A DNA stretch of 62,628 nt, filler included, from Candidatus Woesearchaeota archaeon (GCA_018399355.1; 3 parts of 3 records of this genome joined end to end with filler, not necessarily neighbours in it); one strand, 5' to 3'; positions 28,930-39,320 are shown, counted from the whole stretch's first letter. The notes: generated by a model not told the origin, from the letters alone. Made by a program: numbers and translations.

Positions 28930-30405
28930 ATGACAGAAAAAACACCGAAAAGTCTGGAGCTTCCTGACCTTCCTGAATTCAAGGAAGAAAAAAGCGAAAA
29001 AGATTCGCAAGAAAAAAAAGAAAAGTCTTTTTCTGTTCCTAAGCCAGTTAAGCCAAAACTAGTGCCTGCTCCTAAACAGCAAAAGAAAAAACCTGTTGCT
29101 GGAACAAAAACAAAGCCTGTTTCTAAGCCAGCAAAACAAAAGTCTGTTTCTAAATCAAAGAAAAAGTCAATCTCTAAACCAAAAAAGACAAAGGTTGATT
29201 CAAAAACAAAGCCTAAGAAAAAAGATGCTAAAATTAAGAAGAGTTTAAAAAAGCAAAAACCAAAGATCAAACAAGAAAAACACAAAAAGCCTAAAGAAAA
29301 AGAAATAAAACAGGATACAAAAAAAAGTGGATTAAGAGGTATCATAAGCAAGGTTAATTCAAATAACATAGATAAAATCAAACAAGACAACAAAAGGTTA
29401 AGAAAAGAGCTTAAAGAGAAAAAATCAATTTTGTCTGATAAAGAAAAAGAGATAAAAAATAAGGAATCTGAAATTAAAAATATTCTCCAGGAAAAAAACA
29501 GAATAGTTAATTTAAGGGAAAAGGAAAAAGAATCCTTGAAAAAGGAAAAAGAGGTTCTGGAAAAAGAAAAGCAGGAAATAAGCAAAAAACACAGAGAAGT
29601 AGAAAAGGTTGATGAGAAGAAAAAGCATGTTGATTCAAGATATGAAAAAATAAGACATTTAGAAGAGCAGTTGAAAGAAATAGAGAAAAACAAAGAAGAG
29701 ATTGAGAAAAACAAAGAATTTCTAAAAAAAGAAGCTGAAGAATACCTCTACAAAGAGAACAAGCTGGCAGAAACAAGAAAGGACCTTGAAAAGCTTATTG
29801 ATGAAAACAAGAAATTGCAGCATGATCTTGAGCTGAAAAACAAAAAAGCTGATGAAAAAGAAAAAGAAATTAATCAAAAAAATATTGAATTAAAAAAACT
29901 GGAAAATGAGCTAAAGAAAAAGGAGCTTGAAATGCTTCAGCAAAGGAAAAAAGAAATTGAAGAGAAAAACAAAAAAATAAGTCTTATGGAAAATGAGCTA
30001 AATCTGCTTCATGAAAAAAGAGAGAATTTTGAAAAAAAGAGAGAATCAATTGAAAATGAAAACCAGGAATATCAGGAAAGGGAAAGAAAACTAAAACATA
30101 TTAAACCTAAGAAACAAAAACACGATAAAAGAATCCCTGATAAAAAAGAGGAAAGGATTGAAATAAAAGAAAAAAAGCAAATGCCTGCAACAGCAGTAAA
30201 AAAAGCAAGCAAAGAGGACATACTCATTTTAATTGATGAATTTAAGGCATGCATTTCAGCAAGGGATATCTTAGGGGCAAGAGGGGTTCTTAACATTATA
30301 AATGAGAAATACAAAGATCTAAGCAAAGAAGACAAAGACTCCTTAAAATATGAGATATTTGACTTGGAAACAAGCATAAAGCTGGCTTCTATAGCAATGG
30401 AATAA
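28930..30405 (+). CDS. Lys/Glu-rich low-complexity coiled-coil protein
   Basis: 491-aa ORF; K/P-rich N-terminus and long coiled coil. Confidence 0.7.
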   Translation: MTEKTPKSLELPDLPEFKEEKSEKDSQEKKEKSFSVPKPVKPKLVPAPKQQKKKPVAGTKTKPVSKPAKQKSVSKSKKKSISKPKKTKVDSKTKPKKKDAKIKKSLKKQKPKIKQEKHKKPKEKEIKQDTKKSGLRGIISKVNSNNIDKIKQDNKRLRKELKEKKSILSDKEKEIKNKESEIKNILQEKNRIVNLREKEKESLKKEKEVLEKEKQEISKKHREVEKVDEKKKHVDSRYEKIRHLEEQLKEIEKNKEEIEKNKEFLKKEAEEYLYKENKLAETRKDLEKLIDENKKLQHDLELKNKKADEKEKEINQKNIELKKLENELKKKELEMLQQRKKEIEEKNKKISLMENELNLLHEKRENFEKKRESIENENQEYQERERKLKHIKPKKQKHDKRIPDKKEERIEIKEKKQMPATAVKKASKEDILILIDEFKACISARDILGARGVLNIINEKYKDLSKEDKDSLKYEIFDLETSIKLASIAME

Positions 30406-30664
30406 AAAGAAAAAATGTGCGGAACTTTGGTTCTCACACAAAAAATATAGCCGAACTAATTATCAGAAAGACTATATCCTTTATAAACTTACTTATTTTT
30501 AAACTAAATCAAGGGCTTAATATGATTTATAAAACTTTATAAGCAGCTATTCTCATTTAAATAATCATAAAAAGGCTATTTAAATCTTATTTTAGTTTTT
30601 TAAGGTTTATAACACCTTATAAAATTTAGAAATATTTAAATAGTAAGAATTAAATCAGGCTATT

Positions 30665-31486
30665 ATGAAAAAGAGGATATTGATTTTATTGCTTGTATTC
30701 TTGGTTTCAATCAATGTATGCCAGGCAGCTATAATAAAAGGCGAGATTTACGACCCTGATTTAAATAAAATGACTGGCCGAGTAGAGATATGGGTTGACT
30801 CTTATCCAAGGCAGTATATGGTTTCAACTGACGGAACATACTCTTTTTTTCTTCTCGTAGGAGAGTATACAATAAATGCAAAGTATGAAGAAAGAGGCAG
30901 GGTCAAGTATGAAGCTGAGGAAAAGATAGTTATAAGGGATCAGGGAGAATTCATATATGATATTGTCATGCATTCTGTTGTTGATGAAGAAGAAAGTATG
31001 TTTAATGAAACAACAACAAAAACACCTTTATTTGAAAACAGGGGAATACTGCTTTTTATAATAATAGGATTTGTTTTTCTTGTATCCATAGTTTTGGTAG
31101 TTATAGTTCTTAACAAAAGAAAGAAAAAACAGGAGGATGTTATAAATCTTGATACAACAAAGGTTGATAATGTTGAACCTGAAAATCCAAAAGACGATCA
31201 GAGAAAAGATGATGAGATAAAGAGAGAGATAGAAAAAGAAATCCCTGAAAATCTTGATGGAGTGTTAAAAGTAATAAAGCAAAGCGGAGGAAGGACAACG
31301 CAAAAAGACATAAGAAAGAAAATTCCTCTTTCAGAGGCAAAGATAAGCCTTATGATAACAGAGCTTGAGCACAAGGGAATAGTTGAAAGGATAAAAAAAG
31401 GAAGGGGCAACATAATAATAATGAAAAAAGACCCTGGTTCTGATGAGATAAAGAATATCGAAGAAGATTTTAAACAACAAGGCTAA
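30665..31486 (+). CDS. Membrane-anchored protein with C-terminal winged helix
   Basis: Signal peptide, beta-rich domain, TM, then GGR.TQKDIRK.IPLSEAKISL.ITELE.KG. Confidence 0.8.
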   Translation: MKKRILILLLVFLVSINVCQAAIIKGEIYDPDLNKMTGRVEIWVDSYPRQYMVSTDGTYSFFLLVGEYTINAKYEERGRVKYEAEEKIVIRDQGEFIYDIVMHSVVDEEESMFNETTTKTPLFENRGILLFIIIGFVFLVSIVLVVIVLNKRKKKQEDVINLDTTKVDNVEPENPKDDQRKDDEIKREIEKEIPENLDGVLKVIKQSGGRTTQKDIRKKIPLSEAKISLMITELEHKGIVERIKKGRGNIIIMKKDPGSDEIKNIEEDFKQQG

Positions 31487-31532
31487 AATAAAAATCTTTA
31501 TAAACAGCTCTTTATTCTATAAATAGTTTAAA

Positions 31533-32588
31533 ATGATATCTGAACAGCTAAAAAAAGAATTTATTTCAAAAAAAGACCACCTTAGTGATATAATCGGACA
31601 GGAACAGACAAAAAAACAGCTAAAGTCAGCAATAATTATGGACAGGCACATAATAATAGTTGGGCCTCCTGGAATAGGAAAAACAACACTTGCAAAAAAT
31701 GTGGCTATGCTTCTTCCAGACAAAGACCTTGTTGAATGCTCATACAACTGCAGCCCTGAAAATCCAATATGCCCTGAATGCATATCAAAACTAAAAGCAA
31801 AAAAAAAGCTTGATATCAAGAAAATTAAAGGGCAAAAAAGGTTTGTAAGGGTTCAGGGAAGCCCTGACTTAACAGCAGAAGACCTTATTGGAGATATAGA
31901 TCCGATAAAGGCAATGAAATTCGGGCCATTAAGCCTTGAGGCTTTCACTCCTGGAAAAATATTCAGGGCAAACAATGGAATACTTTTCTTTGACGAGGTT
32001 AATAGATGCCCTGAAAAGCTCCAAAATGCATTGTTGCAGGTTTTAGAAGAGAAAAAAGCTACAATAGGCTCTTACAATATAGACATTGATGCTGATTTTA
32101 TTTTCATAGGGACAATGAATCCAAAGGACAGCAGCACAGAAAAGCTTTCTGATGTTTTTTTGGACAGGTTTGACATGGTTTACATGGATTACCCCGAGAA
32201 TGACAAGATTGAAACAGAAATAATAATAAAAAAAGGCAAAAAAATTGCTGAGTTCCCTGAAAAGCTTTTGAAGATGGTTGTTGCTTTTATAAGAAGCTTA
32301 AGGTACGATGAAAAGCTTGAGAAATTTCCAAGCGTAAGAGCATCTATGGGCATTTATGAAAGAGCACAGTCAAACGCTGTTATTAACTCAAAAAACACAG
32401 TCTGCTTTAATGATATCAAGGATGTTGTCGTATCTGTATTAAGCCACAGGATAAAGCTTAAGCCATCAACAAAGTACTTAATCAATCCAAAAAAATATGT
32501 TGAAGAGGAATTTGAAAAATTTGTTGAGTTGAAATATTCTGATTTAAAATCGCAGTCAAAACAATCTAGAAAAGGTGGTTGCCCGTAG
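31533..32588 (+). CDS. AAA+ ATPase (ChlI/MoxR-like)
   Basis: GPPGIGKTT Walker A, FFDEVN Walker B, QNALLQVLEE, DRF Arg finger. Confidence 0.9.
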   Translation: MISEQLKKEFISKKDHLSDIIGQEQTKKQLKSAIIMDRHIIIVGPPGIGKTTLAKNVAMLLPDKDLVECSYNCSPENPICPECISKLKAKKKLDIKKIKGQKRFVRVQGSPDLTAEDLIGDIDPIKAMKFGPLSLEAFTPGKIFRANNGILFFDEVNRCPEKLQNALLQVLEEKKATIGSYNIDIDADFIFIGTMNPKDSSTEKLSDVFLDRFDMVYMDYPENDKIETEIIIKKGKKIAEFPEKLLKMVVAFIRSLRYDEKLEKFPSVRASMGIYERAQSNAVINSKNTVCFNDIKDVVVSVLSHRIKLKPSTKYLINPKKYVEEEFEKFVELKYSDLKSQSKQSRKGGCP

Positions 32589-33753
32589 CATGCTTCCAAG
32601 CTCGCTGGAAGAAATTGAGGAAAAAAAAGGAAAGCCTGGTTCTGATTTAAGTAATGATAGATTGATGCATTCTGTTCTTGAAAATGACCGCGAAAAAATA
32701 GAAAAAGGTAAGCTTGTAAGCGAGGCAATAAACCTTGGGATTTCATCTTTTAATCCTGACATGATATTTGAAAAATTAGTTAAGGATTACAGCACAGCAA
32801 AAAATATATTCGGTGAAAAGATAATAAGGCAGATTACCGGTTATGACCCTGCCTATGTTGAAAAAAATATCAGAATTCCTGAATTCAAAAAAGAACTAAT
32901 GAAAGGAATCAAGAAGAATATTGATGCAATGAAAGATGAAAATCTTCTTGATAAAGAAAACTCTTTTACAGATGATGCTGTTTATTTGGCTTCATTAACC
33001 CTTTATTTTGAGGAAATTGATAAGCTGGCTCCAAAAGGTATTCTGGGGGAAAAGTTAAGCAGAAAATCAGACAAATACGGCATGAGGCAGAATGTAAGAA
33101 ATTTCAAGAAAGACCGATATAGAGATATAGCTATAAAAAGCTCTTTGAAAACTGCTATAAGAAGGGGGCATAAAAGCCTTAAGATTGAAGACTTAAAAAC
33201 CTATGACAGGCAGGCAAAGGGGCAATCATATATACTTTATGCATTGGATGCATCGGGCTCAATGAAAGGAGAAAAAATAGAGCAATGTAAAAAAGCAGGA
33301 ATTGCCCTTGCATTCAAGGCTATTGATGAAAAAGACAAAGTTGGCTTAATAGCATTCGGCTCTGATGTAAAAACCGAGATAATGCCTACCTCTGATTTTA
33401 TGCTGCTCCTCAAGGAAATAACAAAGATAAGGGCATCACAAGAAACAAATATTGCTATGACCTTGCAGAAAGCGATTAACATGTTTCCAAATGAAGAAAT
33501 AACCAAGCATGTTATTTTGCTAACAGATGCCCTCCCAACAATTGGGGAAGAGCCCTATAAAACAACTATTGAAGCTGCTTCATCAGCTAAAAACCATGGA
33601 ATAACAATCTCAGTGATAGGTGTTAATTTAGATAAAAAAGGAAAAGAGCTTGCTGAGAAAATTGTTGAGATAGGCCAAGGAAAGCTTTACATTATAAAGG
33701 CCCTTAAAGATGTTGACAGCATTGTACTTGAGGATTATTACAACTCTGTTTAA
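32575..33753 (+). CDS. von Willebrand factor A domain protein (ChlD C-terminal-like)
   Basis: DASGSM MIDAS, TNIA and LLTD; overlaps the AAA+ gene. Confidence 0.88.
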   Translation: MVARSMLPSSLEEIEEKKGKPGSDLSNDRLMHSVLENDREKIEKGKLVSEAINLGISSFNPDMIFEKLVKDYSTAKNIFGEKIIRQITGYDPAYVEKNIRIPEFKKELMKGIKKNIDAMKDENLLDKENSFTDDAVYLASLTLYFEEIDKLAPKGILGEKLSRKSDKYGMRQNVRNFKKDRYRDIAIKSSLKTAIRRGHKSLKIEDLKTYDRQAKGQSYILYALDASGSMKGEKIEQCKKAGIALAFKAIDEKDKVGLIAFGSDVKTEIMPTSDFMLLLKEITKIRASQETNIAMTLQKAINMFPNEEITKHVILLTDALPTIGEEPYKTTIEAASSAKNHGITISVIGVNLDKKGKELAEKIVEIGQGKLYIIKALKDVDSIVLEDYYNSV

Positions 33754-33755
33754 TC

Positions 33756-34256
33756 TCAACGGAAAAATGACCTGATTGCAAGAACAGTCCTTATTGTTCC
33801 CATTTTCATTGTTGTTCTGAAGCTCATCGACTGGTATTTTATTTTTCTTTTGTCAAGTGCCCTCTTAAATGTTCTGAACTGGTCATCTGAATTCAAGACT
33901 TCATCAAAGGTATCTTCGTCTGTGGTTATTTTAAGTGTGAATGGCTCGGTTATATTATTTAATTTTATTATTTTTCCATTAACTGTCTTCATATCTATAT
34001 TTTCAACAGAGCCGTTTCTTCTTGTTATTTTTATATTCATAACTTCGTTTCCAAAAATTCTTGCTATAAAGCTTGGAAAGGTGTTTGCCTTAAGGTTATA
34101 CTCATCTTTAAGCTCTTCAAGCTGGTTAAGCGCATCATCCAGATTATTAACCTCAATAACCCTTCCTGTGTAAGCAGGGGCATTTATCATCATTGCAAAA
34201 ATAAGCACCAAAAGAATGAATGTAAAAGAAACCAGAATCAAGTCGTTTTTTTCCAT
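33756..34256 (-). CDS. Membrane-anchored hypothetical protein
   Basis: N-terminal TM; GGAGG SD. Confidence 0.65.
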   Translation of the reverse strand: MEKNDLILVSFTFILLVLIFAMMINAPAYTGRVIEVNNLDDALNQLEELKDEYNLKANTFPSFIARIFGNEVMNIKITRRNGSVENIDMKTVNGKIIKLNNITEPFTLKITTDEDTFDEVLNSDDQFRTFKRALDKRKIKYQSMSFRTTMKMGTIRTVLAIRSFFR

Positions 34257-34349
34257 TTAATCTCCTCCAAAATTTATATTTTGCCTTATGTTTATAAATT
34301 TTTCGTACTTAGCAGAAAATTTAAATAAATTGTGTTTCTTCTAAAAGGT

Positions 34350-34940
34350 ATGAAAATATTAGCCTTTGTTGACATTCACGGCAGCTCAGCCTGCCTTAAA
34401 GAGATTGAAAAAAAATCAAAGAAAGCAGACATAATTTTATGCGCAGGAGACCTGACTGTTTTTGAGCAGAGTCTTAATTCAATTCTCGCAAGACTGAACA
34501 AGCTTAAAAAGACAATATTAGTTGTACATGGAAACCATGAAAAAAGCTCTGTGATGAGAAAAGCCTGCGCAAAGTTTAAAAATATAATTTATATTCATAA
34601 AAGAAGCTATAAGAACAATGATTTTCTTTTTTTAGGGCATGGAGGCGGCGGATTTTCAACAGAAAATAAAAGCTTTGCTGACTCTTTTCCTTTATTTAAA
34701 AAAAAGATTGATGATAAAAGCAAGGTCATATTCTTATCACATGAGCCGCCATACAAAACAAAACTGGATGATATTTCGGGAAGCTACGTCGGAAGCAAAC
34801 CTTTAAAGAAATTTATAAAGGAATTAAAGCCTATTCTTGTTGTATGCGGGCATCTGCATGAAAACGCGAACAAAACTGACAAAATCGGAAAAACAGTAAT
34901 AATTAATCCTGGGCCAAAAGGAAAAATAATAAAATTATAA
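34350..34940 (+). CDS. Metallophosphoesterase (Icc-like)
   Basis: DIHG, GDL, GNHE, HEPP, GHLHE. Confidence 0.9.
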   Translation: MKILAFVDIHGSSACLKEIEKKSKKADIILCAGDLTVFEQSLNSILARLNKLKKTILVVHGNHEKSSVMRKACAKFKNIIYIHKRSYKNNDFLFLGHGGGGFSTENKSFADSFPLFKKKIDDKSKVIFLSHEPPYKTKLDDISGSYVGSKPLKKFIKELKPILVVCGHLHENANKTDKIGKTVIINPGPKGKIIKL

Positions 34941-34952
34941 GAAATTTATAGT

Positions 34953-37900
34953 TTATTTAACATTGCCTTTTTCATTTATTTTTTTGTAAAGATTGTTAAT
35001 GTCCTTGTAAGCCCATTTTTTCTCTTTTTCTGGAAGAGCGTTATAAATCTTAAGAGTGCTAAGGTAAAGTTTTTTTGCCTCTTCTATCTTTTCATCTTTA
35101 ATAAGCTGATTTGCGCTTTCTATCTTTCCCCCTAATGCAAGGATAGATTCTGACTCCAATCCAACCTTAATGTGCATTACATTCCATTTTGCCTGTACAA
35201 AAACAAAGATTATGAAAATAGGAACACCAATAAGTATCCAGTTCCAGTTAAGCCAGCTAAGGTCAGGAGGGTTAAACTTTGGAAGCATAATTTTTTTTTC
35301 TTTTTCTAAATCCTGTAATTCTACTGGTTTTTCATTTTCCATACTATCTTTTTCAGTATCATCTTCAGGAGATGTATCTTCAACCAAAGTTGCAGTAGAT
35401 GTGCTTGATCCTCTTTCACTAGTTATTGCAAATGTTGATAATCCAGGAGATTCAGCACTGTAAAAATAGTAATCACTTCCAATGCCAATTCTTTCTGTAT
35501 CAAGCTCTTCCCAAACATTATTATTGTATCGATGCAGATTTACAGAATTAAAATCATATTTTTTGCTTTCAATCCATGATTTTTCAACCTTGAAGTTTAT
35601 CTTTACTGTTTCAATATCTTTATTGTCCATATTTGATTTTGTTATCTCTATATATTTGTAAACACTTCCTTTTTTGTTTGGAGATGATGCTCCTGATGGT
35701 CTTGATGCAATCTCAACTCTTATTTTTCCATTTGTAATCCTGTTTTTAGCCTTTAAAGCTATTCCTGTTATCAAATAAATATCTGATTCATAGAACACTA
35801 AGCTTTTAGTTGAACCCGCTAAAACAGTACCGATGTTTTTTTCCTCATAGTTTAAAGTAGGAGTGCTTACTCCTGTGCTGCTACTTCCTCCTGATGAGCT
35901 GCCTCCTGATGAGCTAGTTGTAAAGATTGTAGAGTTTGAAAAATCCATAACATTCCCTGCAGTGTCCTGGCATCTTACATAATAAGTGTATGATGTTGAT
36001 GCGCTCAATCCGCTCAAAGCACTTGAATGAGATGTTTCTCCTGTTGTGCTCAATGTGTTGCTCATAGAAAAGTATGATTCATTTGTTGTTGAGTATCTGC
36101 ATGTCGCATCTTCATTTGTTGTTGCAGTTAATGTTGCACCGCTTGAAGTAACACTTGATGATGAGATTGAGGTTATAGTTGGTTTTGTTGTATCATAATT
36201 TATCATTATTGAATCAGAATAATCTCCATTTTGATATCCATCATTAGGGATTATGTAAATTTCATAAGTTCCTTCTTCTAAGGGAGAATAAGTACAGTTA
36301 AGGTCTGTGGTAAAGCACGCCTGTGTATTGTTAAACATCACGTAATAAGAAACTGTATCCAAATCATCATCAATGCCTTCTGTCCAGTTGACCAGGATAG
36401 TTGTGTTTGTATAGCTGTTGTTTAAAGGATAAGTTATATTTGGTTTTGTGGGTGCTGAGTTTCCTATCTTAAATGTCTGGTTTCCTGTGCTATTCCAATT
36501 GCCTGCTGTATCATTTGCATAAATATTCCATACTACAATGGACCCATTTGTTGCATTGACTTTCTTTGTTATATTTGACCATAAAGTTAAAGACATGGCC
36601 GTATCATTTTCCATTGTTCCGCTGTTATTCCAGCTAAAAACATAGTGAGAGAGTCCAGCAAGATTGTCTGCCCAAAATGAATAAAATAAAACAGTATCAT
36701 TAACTTCAACAAGTGAAGTGTTTTTTCCAAAATCTGAATAAGAAGGAGCGGTTGTATCATAAGTGTAAAAAAATGATTCAGATGTTGTTCCATTAACATA
36801 ACCATCGTAAGGAGTTACATTCCATTGGTAAAAGCCTTCTGAGGGATAATAAGTACAGTTTAGGTCTGATGTAAAGCATGCATCTGTACCATTAACTAAA
36901 ATATAATAATAAACTATATCTCCATTAGCATCATAAGATTCATTCCATGTCATGTTTATCAAATTTATGAAAGAATTATTTGATGGACTAATTAAGGTTG
37001 TTTGATTTGGAGAGGTGTTATTGAGAGCCATTATAGCGGCATAAATATCTATTCTTGAGTAATTTCTTCCTGTATTTGCAGTATCATCAATTTCTTTTCC
37101 TGTTAAATTTAATATATTTTCTATTTCTGCAGGAAGTATATCTATGTTGTTTTTTAGCCTCATAAACTGCTTTATTATAGCAGCTGCGCCAGCGACATGA
37201 GGTGCGGACATTGATGTTCCTGTTTTGTCAACAAAACCTCCTCCAAGCTGCATTGAATGTATGCTGTTTCCGGGTGCTACAAGATCAGTTATATTATTCC
37301 TATTGGCAAAAAGGTAAATTGAATCTCCAGATGATGAAGAGACACTTGTTGAATTATAAATACATGCAGGAGAAGATATGCCTGTTGTGCTTCCTAGATT
37401 GCCAGTTGCAACAACAACAGTTATATTCTTGCCAACAGCCCTATTTATTACATTTGAGGTTAAAGGGTCTTGATCATCACAGTAACCTGAAAATAATTCT
37501 TCTGAACCAAGACTCATACTGATAACAGATATATTATACCTTTCACTATTATTAATACACCAGTCAATGCCTGCAATTATATCAGAGGTCCATCCATCTC
37601 CATTATTATCGAGTGATTTCACAGATAAAAGATTTGATCCTGGTGCAACTCCTCTATATGTAGAATCTGTTGATGCAGCAATTCCAGCACAATGAGTCCC
37701 GTGACCATCATCATCCATTGGATCGCCGTCATTGTTTACAAAATCCCATCCGTCTATAACCTTAGAGCAGTCTGTCCAGTTATATGTGGTGTTTGTTGTT
37801 CCATTTAAAATATAATCAATATAAAACCCATAATCTGTAAAAGAGATGTCAGTTATTAACCTTATGTATATAGTATCACCTTCTGAATGAGGTGTCCAAA

Positions 37901-38702
37901 TATTTTCCATGATTCCATTTATTCCATGATAGTGGGCTATTTCAGTAAATTCAGAGTCATAGATAATTATCCTGTCATAAGTATCATAACCTAAAAGTTC
38001 ACCCTGATATTCAAGGCTTATGTTTTTAAAATGAACTGCAATACTGCTGTAACCTGGCTTTGTTATGTTCCATGTGTAATCAAAATTATTAGAATAGTTA
38101 TGGTCTGACTCAAGAATATAACTTTCATTTATACCTTCATAATTGAATTCAGTTATTGTACAATTGCCCAATGCTTCATGCGTGTAATCAATACCTGAAT
38201 CAATAATACATATTGTTTCACCAGTTCCTGTAAGATTTATTGAATCAACTTGTAATTTCCATGTGTTTGTTGCGTTAACAGTTTCAACACTCTGATCAAG
38301 GAAAGAATAAACTTTCCTATCTAAATAAACTGCTTTAACATCAGGGTCATTCATAAGTTTTGTTAATCCATCTTTAGTAACTTCTCCAGAAAACCCATTT
38401 ACTGTGCTAAATTTATTTCCAATTTTAAAGTCAGTTTGTTTTTCATATTCAGAGATATCTTTACCTCTTGTATTCATCTTGGAAAAAACCTTGTTTTGTG
38501 ATTCCTTTATAAGTTCTTCATCAAAAAAATTTGCTGAAAATCCTTTCTTTGAAGAAATATCATTTAGAACAACAATAACGCGTGCGTTTTCTTTTTCATT
38601 GACTTCTTTGAATACATCTTGTTGTATTTTCGCAGAAATCAATGTAGTTGATGCAAGAAATATAATAAACATTGCTGTTAAAATAATCAGCCTCTTTTTC
38701 AT
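34953..38702 (-). CDS. Surface-anchored S8 subtilisin-like protease with CUB-like insert, Ig/FN3-like repeats, PGF-pre-PGF-like domain and TM
   Basis: IIDSGID, HGTHCAG, GTSMSAPHVAG triad; YSAESPGLSTFAI; C-terminal TM. Confidence 0.9.
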   Translation of the reverse strand: MKKRLIILTAMFIIFLASTTLISAKIQQDVFKEVNEKENARVIVVLNDISSKKGFSANFFDEELIKESQNKVFSKMNTRGKDISEYEKQTDFKIGNKFSTVNGFSGEVTKDGLTKLMNDPDVKAVYLDRKVYSFLDQSVETVNATNTWKLQVDSINLTGTGETICIIDSGIDYTHEALGNCTITEFNYEGINESYILESDHNYSNNFDYTWNITKPGYSSIAVHFKNISLEYQGELLGYDTYDRIIIYDSEFTEIAHYHGINGIMENIWTPHSEGDTIYIRLITDISFTDYGFYIDYILNGTTNTTYNWTDCSKVIDGWDFVNNDGDPMDDDGHGTHCAGIAASTDSTYRGVAPGSNLLSVKSLDNNGDGWTSDIIAGIDWCINNSERYNISVISMSLGSEELFSGYCDDQDPLTSNVINRAVGKNITVVVATGNLGSTTGISSPACIYNSTSVSSSSGDSIYLFANRNNITDLVAPGNSIHSMQLGGGFVDKTGTSMSAPHVAGAAAIIKQFMRLKNNIDILPAEIENILNLTGKEIDDTANTGRNYSRIDIYAAIMALNNTSPNQTTLISPSNNSFINLINMTWNESYDANGDIVYYYILVNGTDACFTSDLNCTYYPSEGFYQWNVTPYDGYVNGTTSESFFYTYDTTAPSYSDFGKNTSLVEVNDTVLFYSFWADNLAGLSHYVFSWNNSGTMENDTAMSLTLWSNITKKVNATNGSIVVWNIYANDTAGNWNSTGNQTFKIGNSAPTKPNITYPLNNSYTNTTILVNWTEGIDDDLDTVSYYVMFNNTQACFTTDLNCTYSPLEEGTYEIYIIPNDGYQNGDYSDSIMINYDTTKPTITSISSSSVTSSGATLTATTNEDATCRYSTTNESYFSMSNTLSTTGETSHSSALSGLSASTSYTYYVRCQDTAGNVMDFSNSTIFTTSSSGGSSSGGSSSTGVSTPTLNYEEKNIGTVLAGSTKSLVFYESDIYLITGIALKAKNRITNGKIRVEIASRPSGASSPNKKGSVYKYIEITKSNMDNKDIETVKINFKVEKSWIESKKYDFNSVNLHRYNNNVWEELDTERIGIGSDYYFYSAESPGLSTFAITSERGSSTSTATLVEDTSPEDDTEKDSMENEKPVELQDLEKEKKIMLPKFNPPDLSWLNWNWILIGVPIFIIFVFVQAKWNVMHIKVGLESESILALGGKIESANQLIKDEKIEEAKKLYLSTLKIYNALPEKEKKWAYKDINNLYKKINEKGNVK

Positions 38703-38757
38703 GTTATAGATATATTTAATCAAATCATTTAAATATTTTTACATATTTTAATTTTAT

Positions 38758-39096
38758 ATGATAAGGAATGCAACAAAAAAAAGAATTATAGCTGATGCAC
38801 ATTATGATTTCAAGAGTCCTTTTTCAAAGGCCCTTGGCTTAATGTTTGCAATGAATCCTAAAAACCTTGTTTTCTATTTCAAAAAGGAAAAAATAATTCC
38901 ATTGCACATGTTTTTTGTCTTGTTTCCGATTGATGTTTTATTTCTTGATAAAAACAAGAAAGTAGTTGAAATAAAGGAAAATTTCAGGCCATTTACATGT
39001 TACACACCAAGAGCAAAAGCGAAGTATGTCATAGAGCTTTCAAAGGGAGCTGTAAAGAAATCAAAAACAGAAATAGGAGATATAATCTCATTCTAA
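38758..39096 (+). CDS. DUF192 family protein
   Basis: GLMF, HMFFV.FPIDVLFLD and YVIEL motifs. Confidence 0.88.
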   Translation: MIRNATKKRIIADAHYDFKSPFSKALGLMFAMNPKNLVFYFKKEKIIPLHMFFVLFPIDVLFLDKNKKVVEIKENFRPFTCYTPRAKAKYVIELSKGAVKKSKTEIGDIISF

Positions 39097-39139
39097 GAGC
39101 AACATATTTAAATAATGAGCTAATCCTTTGTTTGTATGC

Positions 39140-39255
39140 GGGGGCGTCGTATAACCTGGCTATTATAGCCGGCTCCAGTAAGTGGAGCGATGAGCCTTTT
39201 GGCGATGATTACTCGAAGAAACCGGCTGATTGGGGTTCGAATCCCTACGTCCCCA
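39140..39255 (+). tRNA. tRNA-Trp(CCA) with 42-nt intron at position 37/38 (39179-39220)
   Basis: Acceptor GGGGGCG/CGTCCCC, anticodon stem GCCGG/CCGGC, CT-CCA-G loop, T-arm TGGGG-TTCGAAT-CCCTA; CCA end not encoded. Confidence 0.93.
39179..39220 (+). ncRNA. tRNA-Trp intron carrying a box C/D-type guide
   Basis: TGGAGC is complementary to tRNA 31-36, then an ATGA D'-like box, a GCC-TTTT-GGC hairpin and a GATGA C'-like box; the +5 rule points to C34. Confidence 0.7.
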
Positions 39256-39320
39256 TTTTTTCTTTTAGCAATATTTAAATAATACATGCATTATTTTAAA
39301 CTAAAAGAGGTGGTTTTGTC

